This document shows positions 51,043-64,000 of a stretch of 64,000 nucleotides of DNA, piece by piece. A program made the position numbers and the translations under genes. The first letter of the stretch is position 1, and each line of letters opens with the position of its first letter. The stretch lies in NCBI GenBank assembly GCA_964016885.1, contig OZ024742.1:260400001-260464000 (forward strand). Reading direction: 5' to 3'. This DNA is from Eledone cirrhosa. Taxonomy: Eukaryota. The notes under the pieces are model-generated. The model made no database searches. It saw nothing but the letters and a program-made list of their open reading frames with translations, and was not told where the DNA came from.

Positions 51043-54000
51043 TCTTATATATAAAGTGGAGTTGGGCATTGTTTGTTTGGTGGCCGATTCCAAAGAAATT
51101 TGATGTAGGTATGTATTTTGATGCGGGGATCAACGTGGGGTACTTGACCCCCAGAGGCAAAAATCCGGCAACCGAAAAACGCCATTCTTCTTGCTTCCAT
51201 TTGTCGCGACTTCTGCCATGCAAAAATCGTTCAATCTATCAGGATTATCCACCGTAAGTCTCTTTAAATTAACACTCACCATATTCAGCAAACCTTTTAT
51301 GCCGATTCTTCCATTTCTTATATAAGGACTATCAAGACTATACCACCGTGCATCATCCTGTATTGCGCCCAGTCTTCTCAAGCGATCATTGAGCCTCCAT
51401 GCGCTCTCTTCATTCCCGTGGTCCCACTACCGTAGCATAATGAGGCATCCGTCAACCCCTGCTCTCTCCCTTCCCTGCACGCCGTCGTCCCACTGCATCG
51501 TCATGCCTCACCATGCCGCATTACTGCCCTGTCGGCCACCATCCCCTCCTCAGCCCTTTCTTTTTCCTGCCCGCCGTGCTCCTTCAAGATTGCCATGCCT
51601 AACCAAGTCGCATCCCTGCCACCATCAAGTCCTGCCCTCTCCCTTCCCTGCACGCCGTCGTCCCACTGCATCGTCATGCCGCATCCATGCTCTGTCAGCC
51701 GCCATGCCCTCCCCTACCCACTCCCTTACCCGCACGCCTTGGTCCTTCACGAGTGCCATGGCTCACCATGCGGAATCCCTGCAACCGTCAATCCCGGCCA
51801 TCTCCCTTCTCTGCACGCTGTCGACCCACTGCATCGTTATGCCTCACCATGCCGCATCCATGATCTGTCAGCCGCCATCCCCTCCTCAGCCTTTTATTTT
51901 ACCTGCCTGCCGTGCTCCTTCAAGACTGCCATGCCTACCCAAGCCGCATCCCTGCCACTGTCAACCCCTGCCCTCTCCCTTGCCCCCTCACGACTGCCAT
52001 GGCTCACCATGCGGCATTCCTGCCCTGTCAGCAACTTGCTCAAATGTCATCAGCATGGTTTAATCCTGTGCCGCACATAACCGCCCATTATCTCAGACCA
52101 AAGACAGCACCGAACATGAAGACGATCCTGTGTAAGTCTTTTTACATCCATTTTGACCATATATAACAAAATTAAACACAAATTCATCCCTTTCTCCCCC
52201 AAAGCCTACCGATCATGTATGGCCGATAAACATCCTGCCTTGCACACGGTTTTCTCAAACAATCATCGTGCCTCCCGGTGCTCTCTACATTCCTGAGGTG
52301 CAACTCAATTGGCATGCCGCATCCACGCCCTGTCAGCCGCCATGCACCCTGCCCTTTCGTCATGCCTCATCATGTTGCATCCCTGCCCTGTCAGCCACCA
52401 TCCACTCCCCGACCCTTTCCACTGCCTAGGCATGACAGTCTTGAGGGACCAAGTCGCATCCCTGCCACCGTCAACCCCTATCCTCTCCGTTCCCTGCACG
52501 CCGTCGTCCCACTGCATCGTCATGCATCACCATGCCGCATCAATGCTCTGTCAGCCGCCATCCCCTCCTCGGCCCTTTCTTTTGCCTGCCCGCAGTGCTC
52601 CTTCAAGACTGCCATGGCTCACCATGCGGCATCCTTGCCACCATCCACCCTTGCCCTCTTCCTTGCCTGCTGGCCGTCGTCCCACTGCATCGTCATACCT
52701 CAGGATGCCACATGCATGCACTGTCAGCCTCCATCGCCTCCTCGGCCCTGTCTTTTTCCTGACCGCCATGCTCCTTCAAGACTCCCATGGCTATCTATGC
52801 CGCATCAATTCCTTGCCACCCGCTTAAACGTCATCAGCATGGCTTATTGTTGCCCCATTTGACCACCGATTTTCGCAGGCTAAACACAATACCAACGTGC
52901 ACGATAGTCCATGGTAAATCTTTTTAATTACATGTTCATCATGCTAAGCAAGGGATGAATAGCAACTCTTTCATTTCTCCTGACATGTCTTTCTGTCAAT
53001 TATGGCCGAGAAACATCCTGTGTAGCATCGCGTCTTCTCAAGCGATCAGCGTGCCTTCCACTGTCCTCACAATTGACTCACAACACCGCATCTATTCCCT
53101 GCGACGCCCCTAAACATCATCAGCATGGCTTATTTTTCTGCCGCGTTTAACCGGCCCTCATTCTAGGCCATAAACAACAAAACCGCACGATGATGCTGTG
53201 TAAGTCTATTTAAATTAATGGTCAACATGTTCAGCAAAACAATTGTACCAATTCTTCCTCTTCACCTCCAAGGCCTATCCAGTACATCTTAGAAGTCGGG
53301 ATTCGCAATTTCTACAATTTCAATATTGACACAACAGTCCGTCAGGTTTTTCGGCACATGTTGCTCCGATAGGAATATCAACGTGATTTTCACTTAATTC
53401 GTAAGTGTTCAGTCTTCCGTATGCTTTTATTTTATATTAATACAACACTGACTACAATCATCTAACTTTACTTTGTAGGCGAGACGCGAATCACAAGGAA
53501 GACAATCCTCTGATATACAACCCCACCAAATTCTTTGGTCTACCTAGATTTCAATGGCTATATCCTTTGCTTTTGTACAGTTGTACATTTGTCAATGTCG
53601 CAAAACATTATTCCACTTGATTCTTACCTTTCAGCTATGAATTGGGCAGTGCCTTAAAATCCCGGTTTATTTGCTGCAATTTTTTGGTATCTTATGAATG
53701 GAGAATCGAAAACCCTTTTTCTCATAACCTGATACATGCGTTACACATGCTCCATGGATGTTTGTGGACTATTTTTTCAAAATACCAATATCACAGATTG
53801 GAGCACAAAAATAAACGTTTGTTCTTCATTTATTTCGGTTAAAGCATCCTACTGGAATTTAGCGCAGACCCGTTTAAATCCAGCGCCTTATAACCCCGAG
53901 TGTAACCGGGTACACCAGCTAGAAAGACAAATGGAAACATTGTTTCCTCGGTCCGATTTGACGAAAGTCGATTTAGTTCCACAACAAATTAACAAACCAT

Positions 54001-54629
54001 ACTCGAAGACACGTTGAGGCTGTTGCAAAGGGCAATAACCCTAGACACAATTTTGATCAACTTTTTTTCACCTATAGCAAATTTACCGGGACAGGTTTTT
54101 AGCTACTCAAATCTATTTCAGAGGTTACGCATTCATGTAAAAAATCAATAAAACTGAAGCGGGGTTCGACTTTGCGCAAAAACAAGGCAAAGTTGCACAT
54201 GGGAAAACTTTTTACAGGAACGTCCGATTTTCTTCAAAACTGTCGCAAAAGACTCGCCATTATGCCGCGGTTCAGATAAAGTCCCTTTTATTTCTTCTTC
54301 TGCACATGTAAGCGCGAAAATTCTAAAAAGAAAAAAAAAATGTGAAAAAAATCGACTTTTTCACTCTGCTTTAAAAATCAACTCAAAATTCAATTTCAAG
54401 TGAATTTGACTTCCGTCAGTCGTGCAAAGAACAATTTCAACGATACACTGTGAACCTACAATTGATCCATTATTTATGTTCAATTACACACCTGCGTCTA
54501 CTAACCTCTGTTTTTTTCCTTGAGGTTCGAAGGTTTTTGCACCTGTGATGCGCAGGAAGTAACTTTCACACATTTTAACAACAGAGCAAAGGTCGACTTA
54601 CACCCGGGCAATGCCGGGTACTTCTGCTA

Positions 54630-54630
<1 letters not shown>
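51043..54630 (+). mobile_element. Non-autonomous Helitron (3.6 kb) with internal repeat cargo
   Basis: A|TCTTATATATAAAG 5' end; 3' hairpin ACCCGGGCAATGCCGGGT + CTAG|T; no TSD. Confidence 0.8.
51240..53290. repeat. Diverged higher-order repeat: C-rich subunits separated by an AT-rich module
   Basis: GTCCCACTGCATCGTCATGC-like motif recurs at ~51487, 51660, 51823, 52506 and 52679. GTAAGTC/CTCAAGCGATCA-type module recurs at ~51253, 52132, 52914 and 53200. Confidence 0.75.
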
Positions 54631-54671
<41 letters not shown>

Positions 54672-55258
54672 TCAAGGTTTAGCAAATAAGAAAAAGTTTT
54701 AAAATAAATTTTTAAAAGTTCACTGTACCTGCTATAATTACCCTTACCGCGCGGTTTTAAGTCTCAAAATAAATGGATAATCCATGCGGAAATCCATTGA
54801 GAAGAAGACTTTCGTCAGAGGGTTCTTCTCACTCGGAGAATATAAAATTCCCGAGTTCAAATCACGAACTGACGCCATACAGAACTGTTCCGGGATGAGA
54901 GTGTATGATGAAGAAACAATGTTTATATGTGTGGGTGTGTATTTATATAGCAAAGGTAAATATATATATATATAATGTGTGTGTGCGTGTGTGTGTGTGT
55001 GTGTGTATTAAATAGTAATTTCAAAGGAAAAAAGAGTGCTCTATGTATAGAACAGAGCTGTTTAATTAGAAAGTGAACAATATATAACTACTCCATTACC
55101 AAAGGTTTCAGGACCCTAGACAACATTAATATACGTTGGAATCGTTCATAAGACAGAGACTTAATATTATAAGCTCACTAACGGTATAGTATAATCGTAT
55201 AAGCTCGCTAACGGCAGTCTACGCTAAGGTATGTCAATATCTTAACACCAAATATTAT

Positions 55259-55316
55259 ATTTTGTCTGATGAAAGCACACTAAAATTTTGTGTCCTGGAA
55301 ATACGTATAATAAAAT
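55259..55316 (+). ncRNA. Type I HHR motif, same family as 43959-44021
   Basis: ATTTTGT-CTGATGA-AAGCACAC...TGTGTCCTG-GAAA-TACGTA-TA-ATAAAAT. Confidence 0.68.
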
Positions 55317-55329
55317 TTTATTATACAAA

Positions 55330-55940
55330 GCATATAAATAAATTTACAGTAGAATAACATAACAAATGTTTTAAATATATACATAAATAACATTACAAAT
55401 GCTTAAATAACATTATAAATTGCTCGCAATTCTTCCAGAAGGATATATTCTTTTAATGTTGCAATATTAAAGAAAATGAAAGGAAGGGGTGAACAACCGA
55501 GCCAACACCAGAGCAAAAGACAGCAGCGTCGCGAGGAGTACCGGGCAACCGCTCTAATGATTTTTTAGGCAAGCCAGCACACTCGTAGCATTGCCTCGAG
55601 TGATGGCGAGGCTAATGAACTGGAAAAACAAAGCGCCCTCGCGAGATTCCCCAGTTACCTCTATTAGGCGAGCCGCCAGTGAAGAGAGGAACCTCACAGT
55701 CAGCGGCCCGACTCCCCTAAACGTCTCGAAAGCCACAGGCTGAAAAATGTAGCTGGCCGACAGATCACAGTATTTGAAGGTCTTACCTCGCTCGGCTGCG
55801 GAAGCTGTGGATCTCGTCCTAACCGCAGCATCCACGATGTGGGAAGAAGAAAAAGAGTCACTAACAGTGACGTCCTAGACAAGGCACCTGCCTCTCGATC
55901 AGGGGCACAGGGTAAGGCCGTCAGGTCTTTTGCCATCACT
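55330..55940 (-). mobile_element. CRE-clade element 3' fragment (RLE domain)
   Basis: KTFKY..FQPVAFETFRG..VTGESREGA.FFQFISLAITRGNA; homologous to ~26330-26680. Confidence 0.8.
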
Positions 55941-56399
55941 TCTGGACAACCCAGATGGTTGTAAGATTGAGGGGATGTTCGCCCGGGCCAAAGCTCTCTT
56001 GAGAATGGGGTTTAGCTCCGTGTGACGCGCGAAGAATAAATATGGTATTATAAAGATATTTCCCATTTATTAATACTGTTAATATTAATAATACTCCAGA
56101 TAAATTTGTAGAGTGCTTCAAATCTGTTATAAAATTAACTTTGTTGAATGATAATTAACAAACCATATAACTCATTGTTTATATATATATATATATACTA
56201 CATAAATTTGAAGTGGTCGGTCGTTGTATATTTAAGTAAGTAGGTGTAGTCGGATAAACGTCGAAATGGCTTGGTGGAATGCAGCGAAAATTTACACAGT
56301 TATGCAAAATGACCCGAGGAGGCGTTGGGTCGACTTTCAAGCTACAAGCTTCCATGGTTACGATGAAACAGGAATTTCCCATTCAAATTGAACTGAGAG

Positions 56400-56720
56400 T
56401 AATCTGTGAACGCAGAAGTAAATATTTCGAGAAACGTTGCAACCGAACGAAAACAGTAAGACGATATTTTGGTTCGTGAAGACGTTCCCTGGCAATGAAC
56501 GGAAAAAAAGCGAGGATAATACGTCGTTATGTGGTGGAGCGAGAAGAACAATTTCATGCAAAGACAAGACCAAGTCTATGGTATAAATGGAGTCGTTAGA
56601 CTAATATTCTATTTAACATAACAGAATGATTTCCAGCCCCGGAGTTTAAAAATGATGTAAATAAAATTGAAAACGAAAATGACAGAGGTTATTAAAATAG
56701 TAAAAGTAAATAGTGAAGAT
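56400..56720 (-). mobile_element. 3' UTR fragment of the Hydra-like family at 59697-62090
   Basis: Collinear with ~59778-60265 once the SINE is removed. Confidence 0.7.
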
Positions 56721-56879
56721 TTAGGCCAGTACATACGTATGCCTCGACGGACATACACATACATACGCACACACAAATACATACCCCCCCCCCCCACATA
56801 CACACAAACACGCGCGCGCGCACGCGTATGTATAAACCTTATGCATTTCTACAGTATTTTCACCAAACTTAAGACATAG

Positions 56880-57260
56880 GTTACTTATGTACTCCGGATG
56901 GTCATGGGCACTTTTATTTTTCCAGATATTGATTATAGGGCCCCCCGGCAGATAACCCCCTTTAACCACTTCCTTGGAGTCGACTGAAGCACTGCAGTGC
57001 AATGCAACAACACGTCATAACTTCTGGAGTTCCAACCGATTTTCACAAAACTTGACACATGGGCTACGTTTGTCCTACAGATGAATGTGAACTCTCAGAA
57101 TTGGCACATATTGAGTAAGGGACCCTGGGGGCAGGAACTCCCTTTTGGAAAAGCCGATGATTTTGTAAAAGTATAGTTTTCGAAGCAGCACTGAAGTATT
57201 GACATAAATGGTATACACAACTGCTATTTAATACCCGAGCAACGCCGGGTACCACTGCTA

Positions 57261-57261
<1 letters not shown>
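56880..57261 (+). mobile_element. Helitron 3' end (5' boundary uncertain)
   Basis: ACCCGAGCAACGCCGGGT hairpin + ACCACTG + CTAG|T, as in the other two Helitrons. Confidence 0.7.
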
Positions 57262-57318
<57 letters not shown>

Positions 57319-58096
57319 ATAATAATAAATTTGAAGACTAAAATCCAAAGAGGGCTCGATAAGGTTTCAGAAGATCCCGTTAAGGGTGAAAGCAGCGATT
57401 ATATATATATATATATATATATATACAAAGCTCAAATGTATGTAGAGAAATATATATGATAGTATATAATTGCCAAGTAGATTTAGAATTAGCTCAATGC
57501 GTTTATATATTATTGATCTGAAGAAAAGTTAAATTTTTAGTGAGAAAACGTTGGAAATGCAGACATAAACACAAGTATATAAAAAATTAGCTTTCACATA
57601 ATTTTTTAATTCCTTACACGTCTTGAGAGAGTTCTATGTAAAATTATTCAAATAATGTTAGATGAAAAATTCGTATAATCATGATCTACATACAAAATAC
57701 ACTTCTCCGTCTTCGGGGGATGAAAAAAAAGTATTCAATTGAAACAGAATGTATCCGAAATTCAATTCCCACCCTACACAGGATGGGAACATCTGAAGTC
57801 TACCCATTGGTATAGTGAATGACTAAAAATTCATGTTAAGTCTATCAGAAGCCTTTTTTTTTTTTTTATCACAACGTCAACCCCAAATCTTTTGAATAGT
57901 AAGAATGAATTAGTAATTAATTGTCCACAACACCTTTCTTATTCATTCCTCTAGTGTTTTTTTTGTTAAACATCCCGCATATTGTTCAATATACAATACG
58001 TACAATTATATGTATATCGCTATGTAAGAGCACCAATACTAATTATATATATGTGTGTGTGTATTCTGGGTCTGAGAATATATAGACGCTATACAC

Positions 58097-58180
<84 letters not shown>

Positions 58181-58559
58181 TGTCAACCATAATAGTGAGA
58201 TTTTTGTTACAAAATGTTCTACTTTTTTCCTAAAAATGACATTAAATTTCTATTGAACTGTAAATTAATCACCTTTTAAGTTGCCTTTTATCTGGTTGGT
58301 CAGGGAAAGTTCATTTACCTGTTTATTAGGAACACAAAATGTAGATAAATAGAGAAGGCGAAGGTAGAAAGATATAGGGGAGGAGGAAAAAGACAAAAGG
58401 AAGGGGAAAGAGGAGAGATCGAGGGAGAAATAGGTGGGGGAGAACTCTGTAGAGCTGAGCTTACACCTGACCAAAACACACACTATTACTATTACTAGTA
58501 GTAGTTATAAGAAACCTTCATAAAATATAAGAAACCACTATTATTATTATTATTATTAT

Positions 58560-58622
<63 letters not shown>

Positions 58623-58807
58623 AGGTGAAGGTGGTAGTGGTGGTGATGCAGTAATGGTAGTGTCCCCATTTACAGGTGTAACATACTTTCACCTGGAAAC
58701 AACTTGACGACTATGTTGAAATCTATTTTCACCTGATTTTCCTTTTATTTTAACTACCACTGCTTCTAGGAGAGAGACTGCACTTGTTATACATACATTA
58801 TTGTATG

Positions 58808-58854
<47 letters not shown>

Positions 58855-59104
58855 TGTTTATGTTCATACACAGAACAAAAAGTACTACCCTAGGTTTCAA
58901 GGCCTAGTTATGGCCATCTTCACGGTGGTGTAGGTCACGATTATGATCGCTCCTCCACTCACTCTACACCACCATGCACAATCTGAAGAGATAGACATAT
59001 TTTATCATGTTTCGCTGTGAACAGTCTTCTCGCTCCTTCTACCTACCTATTTCGTTACTATCTACTCTTACCCTTCTTTCTTCCTCTCCCTTTCTCCCTC
59101 TCAC

Positions 59105-59285
59105 TTTCGTCACACATTCTGTGACCTCCTCAGTAACTACGTTTTTTATTTTGTGTCTGTCCTACACCATCTTGATGTGTGACGAAAGAACTTTGACAAT
59201 ATATAAACAACCATCCAGTTATCGAACCAACCAACCAAACATTTATAATAAATTGAAGTGAAAACCAACAGGTGCATGTATTTCC
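59105..59285. mobile_element. Diverged, internally inverted pseudo-LTR fragment of the 3799-7270 PLE family
   Basis: 59105-59175 (-) resembles ~6278-6368, and 59176-59285 (+) resembles ~6357-6475. Confidence 0.7.
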
Positions 59286-59589
59286 ATAGTATAGTAGAAC
59301 TGTTCTTCTGTTTTCTGTGTCAACCACTATCTCTCTGGTTCGGTTCTTGAAGCGATTGTATTTATAAGAATACTATAGCTAGAAGGATGTGTATATGGTT
59401 TTTGAGACAATATTGGTCATCTGCCTATCGTCTGTTAAGTGTCTGGGGTCACAGGTCAAGCGGTATATAACGTTTATCATAGTTGTCTTTTGACAGGACA
59501 ATGGTAAGAATACCTAACAATAGGTGGTTTAGAGGCGAGAAATTTTAGATTCGATTTCGAATCTCCGCCAGATAAAACATAGAATTCAG

Positions 59590-62090
<2,501 letters not shown>

Positions 62091-62103
62091 TATATATATA
62101 TAT

Positions 62104-63005
62104 AGGAAAATGTTCAAGACCCCGACGGCAGAGCTCAAGCCGTTTCGACGGCTATTTCTGGACTAAATTAGATTTTTAGCGTGGTAATAAATAGCCGAAC
62201 TTTTCGAAAACGCAATAACAGCTAAAAATATAGCAGCTGTTTTAGACTCTAGATTTTATTATTTTTTGTTATTTAATTTTCTTAGTATTATTATTATTTT
62301 TATTTATTAAGGGCGGTGCATTGGCAGTATCGGTAGGCAGTCGGACGCTATGCTTTGCAGCATAGAGTTACGCCCCTTTATGGTATGAGTTCAAATCCCG
62401 CCGAGGTTAACTTTGCCTTTCATCCTTACGGGATCGATAAAACAAAGTACCAGTAATGCACTGGGTTATTACTAGCCTTGTGCCAAAAGTAGAAACAATT
62501 ATTATTATCTTTATTTATTATTTTTATATTTTTTAATTTAAATTTATTAACTTTTTAATTTTATAACTTCCCATCTCAGATTCCTCCAGAATTCTTTTTC
62601 GTCTGCTTTCTAGCTAGCCTAATTTCATCTACACACCTTAGAATTTGCTGCATAGAATTCACTTTCAACGCTTGACCAGCTCCACCCACTCCCTCATTGT
62701 TCTACAGGAAAGTTCAGCCACCTCCCCCTCCCACCCAACGCTATGAAAGATTTAATTGTGTTTACAAGAAATTTTGACCAATCCTTTTGACAACTACAAT
62801 CTTCCCCTATAAGGAATTACACTTGAAAAGTTCGGCTATCCATTACCACGATAAAAATCTAATTTAGTTCAGAAATAGCCGTTGAAACGGCTTGAGCTCT
62901 GCCGTTGGGGGTCTTGAACATTTTCGTATTACCTACTGTACTACCCTAAGTTTTGAGTTCTCTGGTGCGTTATGGTCCACCTGGTTCCTTACCACACATC
63001 CTTCG
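62104..63005. repeat. Inverted-arm element, PLE-UTR-like, with nested SINE
   Basis: 62104-62205 versus ~62826-62926 are diverged reverse complements. The right arm has a further tail; (TA)n flanks. Confidence 0.6.
62311..62502 (+). mobile_element. Nin-domain SINE
   Basis: GGGCGGTGCATTGGCAGTATCGG...GTTCAAATCCCGCCGAGG...CCTTGTGCCAAAAGTAGAAACAATTA. Confidence 0.87.
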
Positions 63006-63080
<75 letters not shown>

Positions 63081-63090
63081 AGTATGTATA

Positions 63091-63491
63091 CGTACATACA
63101 TATATGTATACAGACGTACAGTAGTATGTATATATATATACATACATGCACACACATATATATGTACGTATGGATTTACCGAACATTTATTATAATGCTC
63201 GGTTTCTTTGTAAACAAACATCCCGAATTAAGCCGTACAGTGTTTAGCAACCATCGTTGCCCTTTTGTTCAACACTGACAAAGGAACGATGTACTAGTTT
63301 CAAGCTTATTAGCTATCGTCAGCACCGTATACCTTCCTGCCAGATGATTGAACGTCTGAAAGTATATATTTTCTTTATGCCGAGCATTATAATAAACGTT
63401 CGGTAAATCCATACGTACATATATATATATGTGTGCATGTATGTATATATATACATACTACTGTACGTCTGTATACATATATGTATGTACG
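63091..63491 (-). mobile_element. ~400-bp non-coding fold-back element with central hammerhead
   Basis: Inverted arms at 63091-63202 and 63380-63491; HHR at 63287-63327 (-). Confidence 0.7.
63287..63327 (-). ncRNA. Minimal type I HHR
   Basis: CGGTG-CTGACGA-tAGCT aata AGCTt-GAAA-CTAG-TA-CATCG. Confidence 0.8.
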
Positions 63492-63498
63492 TTTCTCC

Positions 63499-63549
<51 letters not shown>

Positions 63550-64000
63550 GATAAATCTACTAAAATGTACGGTAGTGTCCAATCTGTATGAAGAACTCAA
63601 TGTAATCCGAATATCATGAAAAGAGAAGATGTATTCAAAAAAGTTTTTTCCAATGAAAAATACAGGAAAACAGAGTCAAGATAAATTAATAAAAATAATG
63701 AATAAAAACAAAGAAACAGTTTTTATAGATGTAAATTCCCTATATTTTGAATAAGATTGATATTTTTCACTAACACATTTATCGTAAAATTTTATTCTCC
63801 TTAGATATTTACATTAGCATTATTCTTTTATAACATCAATTCTTCGTGTACCTTTTACCGACTTGACCTATTTTCATCCCTAAAATAATCTTTTCATTCA
63901 TCATACTCTTTCCATTCAAAACTGAAATCTGCCTTCCTCTACCCCTAAATTAAAGTTCTATTACTACTATTCTACCATCTTGACCACTCATTACCTTTCT

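Noticed and set aside
51389-52862. Pro/His/Ser-rich ORFs
   Set aside because: Open in several frames over a C-rich repeat whose units do not preserve frame; no recognisable domain.
56471-56510. GTGAAGA-CGTTC...GAACG-GAAA (also ~59858 and ~58890-58925)
   Set aside because: G3 without C8. The first two lie antisense to their PLE, and there is no clear stem III.
58687-58770. Possible minus-strand host exon (CTCTCTCCTAG acceptor, GT donor)
   Set aside because: Short, no recognisable peptide and no partner exons; needs RNA-seq.
62311-62402. tRNA gene (A and B boxes)
   Set aside because: No cloverleaf; it is the head of a dispersed SINE.

Overview
AT-rich eukaryotic DNA made almost entirely of nested transposable elements set in (TA)n/(CA)n microsatellites. 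No host protein-coding gene, rRNA, tRNA gene or CRISPR is supportable. The Nin-domain tRNA-SINE and the RTE tails resemble octopod cephalopod repeats (inference). Recognisable elements: an L1-Tx1 LINE, RTE and CRE LINE relics, a DD37D maT transposon, a hAT-Charlie element, a Chapaev3-like element, a pogo-type MITE, three Helitron derivatives, ten SINE copies, and many Penelope-like elements (PLEs), both Neptune/Nematis-like and Hydra-like (YRDD, CxCx5C). The main signal is a non-coding 312-bp tandem array at 36229-39740. Every unit carries a minimal type I hammerhead ribozyme (HHR) inside a richly base-paired RNA. Eight units face one way and three-plus face the other, head-to-head inside (TA)n. 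This is the same insertion geometry as the young Hydra-like PLE about 20 bp away and about ten other PLE insertions here. It looks like a retrozyme (circular-RNA parasite) mobilised by PLE machinery. The window also holds several HHR motifs with repeated non-canonical cores (U3-A8, U4C, U4A). All calls come from reading the sequence by eye; no searches or folding programs were run.
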